A DNA stretch of 64,000 nucleotides. It comes from Fidelibacterota bacterium. Its GTDB lineage: Bacteria; Fidelibacterota; Fidelibacteria; Fidelibacterales; DSDE01. The stretch covers positions 52,124 to 116,123 of the forward strand of contig JBJKQR010000008.1 in assembly GCA_046735395.1 (NCBI GenBank). Direction: 5' to 3'. Of this stretch, positions 39,304-49,060 are shown in pieces; the first letter of the stretch is position 1; every line of letters begins with the position of its first letter. The position numbers and the translations under genes were made by a program. Below the pieces are notes generated by a model, which saw only the letters and a program-made list of their open reading frames with translations, was not told where the DNA came from and did no database searches.

Positions 39304-39888
39304 ATGACGGATATGCAGGCCAGAGCCTACGAAACGGAAAAACTGTTTGAAAAGGCGGATTATACCGCAGCAGGTTTTCCCCGGGGTGAATATGAAAAGT
39401 GTGAATTCCGGGACTGCAATTTCGGAGATGTCGATCTGTCAGGATGCCGCTTCGTTGATTGTCATTTTCAGCGCTGCAATCTGAGCCTGGCGAAGATCCA
39501 CGACACATCGCTCCGGGATGTACATTTCAGCGAATGCAAAATGCTGGGACTGCATTTCGATGCCTGCCGCAAGTTCGGGCTGGCCTTTGATTTTGAGGAC
39601 TGCAATCTGTCTCATAGTCTGTTTCGTGAACTGAAGCTGGAACGCACGGTATTCCGGAATTGCCTGCTGAATGGCTGTGATTTCACATCATCGGATCTCT
39701 GTCTGGCGCAGTTTGACGACTGTGATCTGGCGGAGGCGATTTTTGAGCAGTGCAGGCTGGAGGAAGCGGATTTCAGAAGCGCCCGCAATGTTGTGCTGGA
39801 TCCGGATGCGAACCGTATCCGGAACGCGAAATTCTCTCTCTTCGGCCTGCCCGGCCTGCTGATGAAGTACGACCTGGATATTGAATAG
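39304..39888 (+). CDS. pentapeptide repeat protein
   Basis: tandem pentapeptides (CNFGD, VDLSG, CRFVD, CNLSL, CDLAE, ADFRS). Confidence 0.9.
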   Translation: MTDMQARAYETEKLFEKADYTAAGFPRGEYEKCEFRDCNFGDVDLSGCRFVDCHFQRCNLSLAKIHDTSLRDVHFSECKMLGLHFDACRKFGLAFDFEDCNLSHSLFRELKLERTVFRNCLLNGCDFTSSDLCLAQFDDCDLAEAIFEQCRLEEADFRSARNVVLDPDANRIRNAKFSLFGLPGLLMKYDLDIE

Positions 39889-39969
39889 GGATTAATCATT
39901 CGGCCGGGGGCCGGGATCTTATAAAACCCGGATCTTGACTTCAGGTATGAATCGCAGTAATATTGTTAC

Positions 39970-40116
39970 ATGGGATATTCATTCGTTGACATCGCCTTCA
40001 GTTATACCGTGATCATATATGTTATTTTCTTTGTTGTGAGATTCCTGATCGCGGTAATCCGAAATGAAGGCGGCAACGGCGGCCTTCCTCCCGAAATCCG
40101 GCGTTTTCTCAAATAA
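39970..40116 (+). CDS. small (48 aa) single-TM membrane protein, probably leaderless
   Basis: MGYSFVDIAFSYTVIIYVIFFVVRFLIAVIRNEGGNGGLPPEIRRFLK; TTGACT-17-TAATAT ends 6 nt before the ATG. Confidence 0.55.
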   Translation: MGYSFVDIAFSYTVIIYVIFFVVRFLIAVIRNEGGNGGLPPEIRRFLK

Positions 40117-40218
40117 AATCAGTCGACAGGGCCTTTATCGTGAAATTTCAGTCGGGCTGTATACCGTTATTATAAAATATTAAATAAAAATGGATAAGGT
40201 TGAACCTCTTCCGGAGGA

Positions 40219-40794
40219 TCAGGACAGCAGCATGAGAAACAAGGCCGCTGTGACAGGGATGGTGAGATTGTCATCAATGCCCTGGATCAGGCTTTCGGCC
40301 AGGGCGGCCGCAATCACCGCGGCCAGGACGGCGATGAGAGGCAGTTCGGGAAAACCGATGAGAAGGACGGCCAGGCCGGTGAAAATGAAGGTCAGTGTTC
40401 CCTCCAGCGTATGACTATGAATCCAGCGGATCCGGCCCCATTTTTTTCCCACCAGCGCGGCGGCGGCATCCCCCCAGTGAAGGATGAGCATGGAGGCAAT
40501 GGCGATTTGTGTGGGGACGGTCCAGAACAGCAGGGTCATGGACAGCATCATCCAGGTGGCGCCCGTTAGCTTGAATTCCCGCTCCTCACTTTCCCTCATG
40601 GCCCAGGCGGCGAGAAAATGAAAAATGGTATTGAGAGCGGTGGACCAGCGCCGGAAAAAATCCATGGATACAAAGACAGCGGTCCCGGCTGAAATCAGGA
40701 TAAGCATGGGCATTTTGGGCATAAACAGGAAACTCAGGGGGAGAATGGCAGACACGATGTGAATGCTTTTTCTATCCAGCTCCGTCCGCATCAT
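40219..40794 (-). CDS. diacylglycerol/polyprenol (phytol/dolichol-type) kinase family protein
   Basis: RKSIH, LTGATW, GDAAAALVGKKWG, TLEGT, IDDNL. Confidence 0.85.
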   Translation of the reverse strand: MMRTELDRKSIHIVSAILPLSFLFMPKMPMLILISAGTAVFVSMDFFRRWSTALNTIFHFLAAWAMRESEEREFKLTGATWMMLSMTLLFWTVPTQIAIASMLILHWGDAAAALVGKKWGRIRWIHSHTLEGTLTFIFTGLAVLLIGFPELPLIAVLAAVIAAALAESLIQGIDDNLTIPVTAALFLMLLS

Positions 40795-40811
40795 GGGCTT
40801 ATCTCATCGCC

Positions 40812-41549
40812 TCAGGGCTGTTCCGGCAGCTTGCTGACAACCAGATTGATCTTTTTCTTTTCCCGGACTTCGACGCCCGGATCTATGGATTGGGACATGA
40901 CCGTATACGGTGTGAAATCGTCAGAAAATTCGTAAATGATATTACCGACCTCGAGCCCGGCGTCCTGTATGGCGGCGATGGCCGACTGTTCGCTGGAGAA
41001 GACTACATCCGGGACGGTGTAGAAGGGTGAGATGCCCAGGCTGACCCGAAGCTGTACGCCGGTATTTCTGGATACGCGGCTTCCCCGCTCCGGCTGCTGC
41101 TGTATGACCACATCCTTGGGCCGGCTGCTGTATTCGTACAGAACCGTATCCAGAACCAGGTTGTTTTCGTTGATCAGAAGCTGGGCGCCACGAAGGGTTT
41201 TTCCGATCAGGTCGGGAATGGGAAAGTTCTTTTCAGCCGTACTGACGGTGAGGTACACACGGCGGCCGAGCTTTACCTTCTGCCCTGCCTTGGGCTGCTG
41301 ATCCAGAACCGTAAAGGGCGGCATATCCGGCCGGGCCTGGGTTTCTCCGCGGATGGGAACAAATCCCTCCCGGCGCAGCAGACTTGAGGCTTCATCCCAG
41401 CTCAGCCCGGACACCGTGAGCAGAATCCGTTCCTGTCCCTGGTCCACATAGGCCGGCAATACAAAATAATTCACGACCAACACAAGACCGAGACTGACAA
41501 TGGAAAAAATGATGAGGAAGTAAAAGAGTTTAAGGACGCGTGCTTTCAT
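40812..41549 (-). CDS. PASTA domain-containing membrane protein (three repeats, no kinase domain)
   Basis: N-terminal TM; IPDLIG, VIQQQP and VPDVV repeats. Confidence 0.88.
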   Translation of the reverse strand: MKARVLKLFYFLIIFSIVSLGLVLVVNYFVLPAYVDQGQERILLTVSGLSWDEASSLLRREGFVPIRGETQARPDMPPFTVLDQQPKAGQKVKLGRRVYLTVSTAEKNFPIPDLIGKTLRGAQLLINENNLVLDTVLYEYSSRPKDVVIQQQPERGSRVSRNTGVQLRVSLGISPFYTVPDVVFSSEQSAIAAIQDAGLEVGNIIYEFSDDFTPYTVMSQSIDPGVEVREKKKINLVVSKLPEQP

Positions 41550-41560
41550 TGGCAGGAAAT

Positions 41561-42868
41561 TTACTTTTTTTTCAGGGCAATAGCAAAGGAACCTTCAGCC
41601 TCGTGGAGATGGGGAAGGGTCTGAATAGCGCCGGATTCGGTGACCAGGCTTGGCGGAAAGCCCGCGGGAGCCGGAACAATGCTGAAATTCGGATGTTTTT
41701 CGAGAAATTTTGTGACCACACCCATGTTTTCCTCAAAATCGAAGGTACAGGTGCTGTACACGAGAAGTCCGCCATGTGTAATGGATTTCTGGACATTATG
41801 GAGAATTTTCTGCTGCAGCTGGCTGAGATCTGAGATGTCACCGGGCTGCCGTCGCCAGCGCAGGTCGCTGCGTTTCCGGATGACACCAAAGCCTGAGCAG
41901 GGCGCATCCACGAGAAAATGAGAGGACTTCTGAAAGGAATTCCGCGATGCGTCGGCTTCCAGATATTCGATATTGTCATAGCGGAGCCGCTGCATATTCT
42001 TCTTCACCTGTTCCAGCCGGAAGGAACTCACGTCGCAGGCGGTCACCGGAATCGTTCCGGGCAGAAGGGTCTTGATCATTCCCAGCTTGCCTCCCGGTGC
42101 GGAACAAACATCAGTCACCGACTCGGGGGGTTGACTGGTGAGCAGCTTGACGGGGAACAGGGTGGATACATCCTGGATGGAAATATGTCCTTTCTGCAGG
42201 AGGTCATGGCTCAGCAGCGGTTGGAGTGAGCGAACGTGCACGAAGGCCGGATGGTAGGGATTTACCACCGGATTCAGATCCAATTGCCCGAGTGTATCGA
42301 GAATACGTTCCCGCTGCTGTGTATCGTAGATAAAAATCATTTTCAGCGGATCGGAATTCAGCGTGGCCAGCAGTTTTTCCCAGGATTCGGGAAATTGCTG
42401 CTGCCAGCGCAGAACCAGCCAGTCCGGAAAGGAATAGCGGATCCCGGCCGGAATAGACCGATCCAGCATGAATTTTTTCCATTCATCACTGTCGCGAAAG
42501 AGAAGAATTTTTCGAAGCAGGGCATTCAGAAAGCCGGAAGACTGGGGTGTGAGTTTTTTTGCGAGACGCACCGTGGCGTGGACGGTGGCATAATCCCGGG
42601 ACGCCCCCTGATGAAGAATTTCGTAGCTTCCCATCCAGGCCAGGATCTTGACATTTTCGTGAAGTGCCTTATGCCGGTTGCGGAACCGGGCACCGATATG
42701 ATCCAGCTGCCGGTGCATCATGACGGTACCATTGACGAGATTGTCGAGAAACCGTTTGTCGCGGTCCTTCACGCTTCCGGATACGCTTTCCAGAATATGG
42801 TCAATATATTTCGTGCTGTTTAGCCAGCTTTTCAGCGCTTTGAACGCGTACAGACGTGATTCGCTCAC
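41561..42868 (-). CDS. rsmB: 16S rRNA m5C methyltransferase RsmB/Sun
   Basis: NusB-like N terminus; DVCSAPGGK, VDAPCSG, YSTCT. Confidence 0.88.
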   Translation of the reverse strand: MSESRLYAFKALKSWLNSTKYIDHILESVSGSVKDRDKRFLDNLVNGTVMMHRQLDHIGARFRNRHKALHENVKILAWMGSYEILHQGASRDYATVHATVRLAKKLTPQSSGFLNALLRKILLFRDSDEWKKFMLDRSIPAGIRYSFPDWLVLRWQQQFPESWEKLLATLNSDPLKMIFIYDTQQRERILDTLGQLDLNPVVNPYHPAFVHVRSLQPLLSHDLLQKGHISIQDVSTLFPVKLLTSQPPESVTDVCSAPGGKLGMIKTLLPGTIPVTACDVSSFRLEQVKKNMQRLRYDNIEYLEADASRNSFQKSSHFLVDAPCSGFGVIRKRSDLRWRRQPGDISDLSQLQQKILHNVQKSITHGGLLVYSTCTFDFEENMGVVTKFLEKHPNFSIVPAPAGFPPSLVTESGAIQTLPHLHEAEGSFAIALKKK

Positions 42869-42876
42869 ATGATGTC

Positions 42877-43797
42877 CTATCTGATATATTCCTGAAGACG
42901 GAATCCGTTCATGAATGCGGCCGTATCCATGGCCTTCCGTCCGGGCAGCTGCAGCTGAAGCGGTTTAAGCAGGCCTTCTCCGCAGCCGATCGCGAAACTC
43001 TTTTTATCCGCCATGATCAGTTGTCCGGGAGCCGCTGCGTCCGGGGACGGCAGTGCTTCCGCCTCAAATATTTTTACTTTATGATCTCCGAGCATGAAAT
43101 AGCAGCCGGGAAAGGGATTGAAGGCGCGGATATGATTGACCAGATCCACGGCACGGCGGCTGAAGTCCAGTTCTCCCATTTCGGGAAAAATTTTGGGTGC
43201 GGGCGTAGCGGTCTCGTTATTCTGCGGCCGGGCCTGCAGAGACCCGTCTTCCAGGCCGTCCAGTGTTTCGACGAGCAGTTCGGCAGCCAGGATTTTCATC
43301 GTGTCATAGAGCGTCCCCGTTGTATCTTTGTCCAGAATGGGAAGGCTGCGCTGAAGCAAAATTCCACCCGTATCCACGCTGCGGTCAATTTTGAAGGTAG
43401 TGATTCCTGTTTCCTTTTCACCATGATAGACCGCCCAGTGAATGGGCGCGGCGCCCCGGTATTTCGGAAGCAGGCTGCCGTGGGCATTGACGGCGCCGAA
43501 GCGGGGAATGGCGAAGAGGGGGGCCGGGAGGATCCGGAAGGCGACCACCACGAAGATATCCGGTGCGAGCCGTTTCATAGATTCCTGAAAATCCCCGCTT
43601 TTCAGGGAGGTGGGCTGGTAAACGGGCAGGCCCAGTTCGTGAGCGCAGATTTTTACTTCCGGTGCTGCCGCCTTCAGTCCCCGGCCGCGGATTTTATCCG
43701 GAGCCGTGACGACTGCGAGTACATCATGATGTGATCGGGCAAGATAGCGGAGGGCGGGGACCGCGAAATCAGGCGTCCCCATAAATACGATTTTCAT
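42877..43797 (-). CDS. fmt: methionyl-tRNA formyltransferase
   Basis: FMGTPDFA, NAHGSLLPKYRGAAPI. Confidence 0.97.
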   Translation of the reverse strand: MKIVFMGTPDFAVPALRYLARSHHDVLAVVTAPDKIRGRGLKAAAPEVKICAHELGLPVYQPTSLKSGDFQESMKRLAPDIFVVVAFRILPAPLFAIPRFGAVNAHGSLLPKYRGAAPIHWAVYHGEKETGITTFKIDRSVDTGGILLQRSLPILDKDTTGTLYDTMKILAAELLVETLDGLEDGSLQARPQNNETATPAPKIFPEMGELDFSRRAVDLVNHIRAFNPFPGCYFMLGDHKVKIFEAEALPSPDAAAPGQLIMADKKSFAIGCGEGLLKPLQLQLPGRKAMDTAAFMNGFRLQEYIR

Positions 43798-44327
43798 CAG
43801 CCGTGATGCTTCTGGGTAAGGGCGATTTCCTTTAACTGCTTTTTCAGCAGTTTTCTGCGAAGCGGATTGATGCGATCAATGAAATATACGCCGTTGAGGT
43901 GATCCAGCTCGTGCTGGACAACCCGGGCCAGAAGCCCCGTGAATTCCTGTTCGTGAACCGCCAGATTTTCATCCTGATAGCGGAGGCGGATCCAGTCGGC
44001 GCGGGTGATATCTTCATGAATGCCGGGAAAGGACAGACAGCCTTCCTCAGCCGTTGCTGAGCCGGAATTTTCCAGAATACTGCCATTGATGACGACGAAA
44101 TCATCCAGGCCGCTGTCTTCATCCAGCGATGCACCGATGACGGCCAGGTGAACCCGTGCACCCACCTGATTGGCGGAGAGTCCGATCCCGTCTGATTCGT
44201 ACATGGTATGAAACATGTCCTGAATCAGCTGCCGGAGGTCGTCATCCACTTCGGTAACATCGGGCATGGTTTCCCGAAGGATGGTGGATCCGTACTGATA
44301 TATTTCGAGTAAAGTCTGTTCTTCCAT
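43797..44327 (-). CDS. def: peptide deformylase
   Basis: GIGLSANQVG, EGCLS, QHELDH. Confidence 0.97.
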   Translation of the reverse strand: MEEQTLLEIYQYGSTILRETMPDVTEVDDDLRQLIQDMFHTMYESDGIGLSANQVGARVHLAVIGASLDEDSGLDDFVVINGSILENSGSATAEEGCLSFPGIHEDITRADWIRLRYQDENLAVHEQEFTGLLARVVQHELDHLNGVYFIDRINPLRRKLLKKQLKEIALTQKHHG

Positions 44328-44333
44328 AATCCC

Positions 44334-44636
44334 TTAGGATTTGGCCGTATAAAGGGAGGCGATGGCGCTGCGCCGCAGCTCGACCTTGGTGTCTTTTCCG
44401 ATCTTCAGGACAACGGTGTGATCATCCTTCAGTGAATCGATTTCACCGATGAGTCCGCCGACGGTCACGACCTTGTCACGAACCTTCAGAGCGGACAGCA
44501 TGGCCTGCGTTTCCTTCTGTTTCTTGGCCTGAGGCCGGATCATGAAAAACCAGATGATGACCATGATGAGCAGAAAGGGCAGAAGGCTTACAAGGGTTGA
44601 GGGTTGGCCCGGCTGGGCAAGAATGGTATTTAACAT
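44334..44636 (-). CDS. yajC: preprotein translocase subunit YajC
   Basis: FFMIRPQ, DKVVTVGGLIG. Confidence 0.95.
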   Translation of the reverse strand: MLNTILAQPGQPSTLVSLLPFLLIMVIIWFFMIRPQAKKQKETQAMLSALKVRDKVVTVGGLIGEIDSLKDDHTVVLKIGKDTKVELRRSAIASLYTAKS

Positions 44637-44855
44637 TTTGTTTTTTCTCCTTTTTAATCAGTGTGGAAGCTACGAAAAAGCAGGGTCGGAGTCAAGCAGC
44701 TTCAGCAGGCAAAATGAGGTAAAAACCGACATGATTACAGCGTTTCGGGAGAATTTCCGTTGACTTTGCGGAGGCTAAAAGAATTGTTTACTAATGGAAA
44801 GTGAATCCGTAACTTGTCGTCTCAGATGGTACGACAATTCAACAAAGGAAAAAAT

Positions 44856-45893
44856 ATGAAAAAATCAGTGATACTGCTGGCTCTTGCTCTTGCATGGAGC
44901 GGATGTCAGAAAAAGGTGGACGATTCCCAGGCCTTCATGTCAGATTTTGTTCCCGATTCTGCCGGTACGGCTATGCTTACCACACTTGCGGAGCGGGTGC
45001 CGGAAATGTCGCCGGCCGGAACCTATGTTTTTGCCAAAACCGATGAATTTTCGCTGACCAACAAGGACATCGCCGGCCTGTTTCTCAGAAGTGTGAATGT
45101 TCAGCATGTGAATCTGCCGGATGTTCCGACTGAGACCATCGTCAAAGTGCTGGGCCAGATTGCCGAGGGTGAAGCCCAGCGTCGTCTGCTCTACAATGAA
45201 GCGGTACGGCAGGGAATTACGGTCGCGGATGGCGGTGTGGACTCGACACTGAATGAGATTTACAAGGCCTATGGCGGACAGGAAAAATTCACACAGATGA
45301 TAGAACAGACAGGTTTTACCCTGGATGATGTGAGAAATGACCAGTATGTGAGCCTGAAAATCCAGGGCCTTCTGAAGAAACTGGCCGAAGGAAAAGGCGG
45401 CGTGACCGAAGAGGATATTCAGAAACAGATGAATCAGGATGTGACGGCGACCGTGCGCCATATTCTGTTCATGACCCAGGGAAAAACAGATTCTGAAATT
45501 GCGGAAATCCGCAAAAAGGCGGAGGGCGTTCTGGCCCGGGCCAAAGCCGGTGAAGATTTTGAAAAACTTGTGAAGAACTATTCGGAAGATCCGGGATCAA
45601 AGGACAAGGGCGGGCTCTATGAAAAATTTCCCCGCGGCCGGATGGTACCCGAATTTGAGGATGCATCCTTCAATCTGCCCATCGGTTCCATCAGCGACCT
45701 GGTTGAGACGGCTTACGGATTTCATATCATCAAGATCGAAAGCCGGGAAAAGGAAACACGCAGCCACGATGAGATCAAGGCAGACCTTGAGGCAAAACAC
45801 AGTGATACCATGCAGCAGCAGGTTCTGCAGGATGAACTGACCCGCCTGAAGGACGAAAAGCATCTCGAAATGCTCTATCCTCCCAAAGGATAA
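44856..45893 (+). CDS. parvulin-type peptidyl-prolyl isomerase lipoprotein (PrsA/SurA-like)
   Basis: lipobox WSGC; VRHIL, SEDPGS, MVPEFE, TAYGFHII. Confidence 0.9.
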   Translation: MKKSVILLALALAWSGCQKKVDDSQAFMSDFVPDSAGTAMLTTLAERVPEMSPAGTYVFAKTDEFSLTNKDIAGLFLRSVNVQHVNLPDVPTETIVKVLGQIAEGEAQRRLLYNEAVRQGITVADGGVDSTLNEIYKAYGGQEKFTQMIEQTGFTLDDVRNDQYVSLKIQGLLKKLAEGKGGVTEEDIQKQMNQDVTATVRHILFMTQGKTDSEIAEIRKKAEGVLARAKAGEDFEKLVKNYSEDPGSKDKGGLYEKFPRGRMVPEFEDASFNLPIGSISDLVETAYGFHIIKIESREKETRSHDEIKADLEAKHSDTMQQQVLQDELTRLKDEKHLEMLYPPKG

Positions 45894-45930
45894 GTTTCGC
45901 TCCGCCTCCCGTCAGAGAGGTAAATAAGTA

Positions 45931-46464
45931 TTATAGATTTTTTGTGGTGGCCCATAACAGGGCCACCATTGTTTTTGCGTCAGTAATTTTTCCCTGGAGG
46001 ACCCAGTCTCTCGCCTCGTTCAGCGACAGTTCGAATATTTCCAGAAATTCATCATCATCCCGTTGTACAGCGCCGGGAGTCAGGTTTTTTGCCGTATAGA
46101 TATGAATGATTTCATCCGTATAGCCGATGCCGGGATGAAGTTTCCCGATATAGGAAAAGGATGTGGCTTCGTAGCCGGTTTCCTCCAGTAGTTCACGTCG
46201 GGCAGTGTGCTCGAGCGCTTCTCCCGGATCAATTTTTCCGGCGGGGAGTTCGTAAAATTCCTGATTTGAAGGATAGCGGAACTGCCTTTCCATGAGAATA
46301 TTTCCATTCGGGAGAAAGGGAATGATAACCACGGCGCCGGGATGACGAATGTATTCCCGAATCGACTGACGGCCATCGGGAAGCTCCACCGTATCCCGGT
46401 GTACTTTCAGCAATTTACCGTCATAGACAATTTCTCCCGATAATTTCTTTTCCTTCAGGTTCAT
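45931..46464 (-). CDS. NUDIX hydrolase (ADP-ribose pyrophosphatase-like)
   Basis: Nudix box ELPAGKIDPGE...ARRELLEETG; ITDAKT. Confidence 0.9.
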   Translation of the reverse strand: MNLKEKKLSGEIVYDGKLLKVHRDTVELPDGRQSIREYIRHPGAVVIIPFLPNGNILMERQFRYPSNQEFYELPAGKIDPGEALEHTARRELLEETGYEATSFSYIGKLHPGIGYTDEIIHIYTAKNLTPGAVQRDDDEFLEIFELSLNEARDWVLQGKITDAKTMVALLWATTKNL

Positions 46465-47186
46465 ACCGGATCCTTTTCAACTTCAAGGGCATGTATCATT
46501 CTGTCGCAGTGATCGCTGAATATTCCATAGACACCGCATTTCTGCAGCTGCCGGGCCGTTTCAATGTCATTCACCGTATACACGCCGACGCCCCCGAAAC
46601 GGCTGTCCCGCAGCCAACGTTTTGTATTCATGCTGTGATGGATGTGAACGTAGTCAGTTTTTGCGCCGGTCAGGCGCAGATAAATCCGGGCAGGCAGACC
46701 GGCTCGTCCTGCTTCCAGCAGGAACGCGGTTTTTATGGGCAGCCGTTTTTGTATCCTGCGGAGAGCAGGAAGATGAAAGGAAGAAATCAGAAAGGATGAG
46801 TAGCGATTCCGCCAGGGTTCGAGTGTTTCCAGGAAGGCGTCACAGATGTCGGCGACATTTTCCTTCCGGCTGATTTTCAGCTCAATATTCAGAAAAATCC
46901 CGGACGGCAGCCAGTTCAGCAGCCCGGCCAGTGCAGGAATCTTCTCCCCCCGAAAGCGGGGCGGCAGCCGGAAGGCGTCGATTTCTTCGGAGGAGGCCTG
47001 TCTCAGATCCAGGATCTGTGTTTCATTGCGGATGATGAAATCGTGGCTGATGTAAAAATGCCGGTCCGGATTCATGATGACATCCAGCTCGATGGCCTGC
47101 GCCCCGGCTTCTATCGCTTTTCGGAAGGAGAGTTCGGTATTTTCCGGATATTCTGAGGAAAGGCCCCGATGTGCAAAGACAATCAT
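46461..47186 (-). CDS. glycerophosphodiester phosphodiesterase
   Basis: AHRG, PENT, IELDV, NIELK, YTVND. Confidence 0.88.
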   Translation of the reverse strand: MIVFAHRGLSSEYPENTELSFRKAIEAGAQAIELDVIMNPDRHFYISHDFIIRNETQILDLRQASSEEIDAFRLPPRFRGEKIPALAGLLNWLPSGIFLNIELKISRKENVADICDAFLETLEPWRNRYSSFLISSFHLPALRRIQKRLPIKTAFLLEAGRAGLPARIYLRLTGAKTDYVHIHHSMNTKRWLRDSRFGGVGVYTVNDIETARQLQKCGVYGIFSDHCDRMIHALEVEKDPV

Positions 47187-47209
47187 GGCATCGGCCCCGA
47201 TGAAAATGT

Positions 47210-49009
47210 TTAGAGTTGGGGTGTGATGAATTCCCATTCCTGCCAGATCGTGCCGCATTGATTCCGATAGGATGCGATCAGGCTTTTATAGGCATCACGA
47301 ATATTTGTATCCAGCGTTTCCCGTGCTGTATCGCTGCGGCGGTTGTCCCACCATTTGCTGTCTGGATGATCGGCAAGGGCGGTGAGGGCGGATATCTGCA
47401 GCGTGGAGTCGCTGAAGAATTCCGTGGTAACGTAGGTAGAAACCATATTGCACTCATCATTGAAGGTGAAATAGCTCAGACGGAAGAGAAAGGAGGCGCT
47501 GAGTGCATTTGAAAATCGATACGCATCGGGACTGTCCGGAGTGAGGCAGCGCTGAAGCATGCGGGTTTCCTCCGGAGTGAGGCAGCTGTCCCGGTCGTTC
47601 AGGAACTGAAGGCGCCGGAGAAAGGATTGTCCGAGATCCCGGGCGATACTTTCAGTGGATTTGCTGTCCGGCTGATGTTCGGGGCATTCGGAGATGCCCG
47701 CCGCGTCACCCGCTTCAAAAAGATGCAGTTTCTGTGAGTTTTTCGTTCCGAGGCACAGTGATACCGTATCCAAATCCGCCATATGAGTAAGGTCAAAATG
47801 GGATCTGCTCAATTTCAGGGCCGCCGCGCTTTTTACCGCGCTCCGGAAATCGTGGCTGCGGTCAATACTGAGCAGCTGGAGAAAATCGTTATCAGCCTGA
47901 GCAGGATTGAAGAAAATCGTCATGACCGTTGTCAGGTAACGGTGACGTTCTGAAAAATCATTAAAAATGAGATTCGGGCCGATAGAGCGGAACAGAGAGT
48001 CGTTTTGTCCACGGGTCAGCGTAACGGGAACCCATTTGGAGCCGGACGGTGTCATCAGGCCATTGGCTGATACCTTCCGGGCCCGGAACAGCAGTTCATT
48101 CTGTCCGCATTCGGGCATGGAGAGCTGCATCTGATCCGAGCGAACCCGGGTAAAGAGCGGCAGAGAGAGGGTGGATGAAGACTGATACTCATAACGGACG
48201 CCGGGGGCGCTGACGGATATTTTCCAGGCTTCGGGTGCAAAATTCAGAAAATGTCCGAAACGGCCTTTCGCGGCATCGGACTGGCGAGTCTGCATTGCAT
48301 CAAAAAGCTGGAGCAGAGACATGTATTCATCGGGTATTTGATCGCTGAGTATGGGGGCGCTGCAGCTGTCATTCAGAATTTCCGAGACAGCGCGATGTCC
48401 GAAATAGCGCTCAAGTTCTTCAAGTACCAGCTGCCGTTTCCAGGTGTTGCCCTTCAGTTCCGCTTCGAGGGAAAAGACCGCGATGAGATCAGCCGGGGTC
48501 CAGGTTTCCCGGGGCAGCGGCCAGATTTTAAAGGGAAGTGAACGGTTGGCGGAGCTTTGATAGGCATTCAAGCCGTCGGCAAAGGCCTGAAGATCTGACA
48601 GGTCGGCACCCCCCAGCTTTTCTGCCATGGACCTTGCGGTTGAATAGAGAGAAAATTGTTGAAAGAAGTTGTCGGATTTGATCCATTGAGGCCCGAAAAA
48701 GGGTGTCATTCGGCCTTCGGCCATCAACCGTTTTACGCTGATACGAAACAGATCCATGGCGGCCTGCATATATCCGCTGGCATACAGGATATCCTGCCGG
48801 TTTTCTCCGTGAATGAGAAAATGTCTCTCGTCGAGCGTATCCCGGACGACGGAAACCGCAGAGATATACTGAAGCTGCATTTCATTTGCAGGCTGGTCTC
48901 CGTCAAACCATTGCCAGCCAAGCCAGACAATGCTCATGAAAAGGACAAGGGAAATCGTGATGATCAGAATTGTCCTGGAGGGATGGGTCGAATCACGTTT
49001 TTCTATCAT
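47210..49009 (-). CDS. penicillin-acylase (S45)-like protein, degenerate
   Basis: N-terminal TM; YASGYMQA, LQAFADGLNAY, WTPAD and WWDN motifs; SNxW nucleophile motif missing. Confidence 0.6.
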   Translation of the reverse strand: MIEKRDSTHPSRTILIITISLVLFMSIVWLGWQWFDGDQPANEMQLQYISAVSVVRDTLDERHFLIHGENRQDILYASGYMQAAMDLFRISVKRLMAEGRMTPFFGPQWIKSDNFFQQFSLYSTARSMAEKLGGADLSDLQAFADGLNAYQSSANRSLPFKIWPLPRETWTPADLIAVFSLEAELKGNTWKRQLVLEELERYFGHRAVSEILNDSCSAPILSDQIPDEYMSLLQLFDAMQTRQSDAAKGRFGHFLNFAPEAWKISVSAPGVRYEYQSSSTLSLPLFTRVRSDQMQLSMPECGQNELLFRARKVSANGLMTPSGSKWVPVTLTRGQNDSLFRSIGPNLIFNDFSERHRYLTTVMTIFFNPAQADNDFLQLLSIDRSHDFRSAVKSAAALKLSRSHFDLTHMADLDTVSLCLGTKNSQKLHLFEAGDAAGISECPEHQPDSKSTESIARDLGQSFLRRLQFLNDRDSCLTPEETRMLQRCLTPDSPDAYRFSNALSASFLFRLSYFTFNDECNMVSTYVTTEFFSDSTLQISALTALADHPDSKWWDNRRSDTARETLDTNIRDAYKSLIASYRNQCGTIWQEWEFITPQL

Positions 49010-49060
49010 GCGCGGAATTTAGAGTAATCTGCAGCGACTTTCCACCCCTTAGCGGATTTA

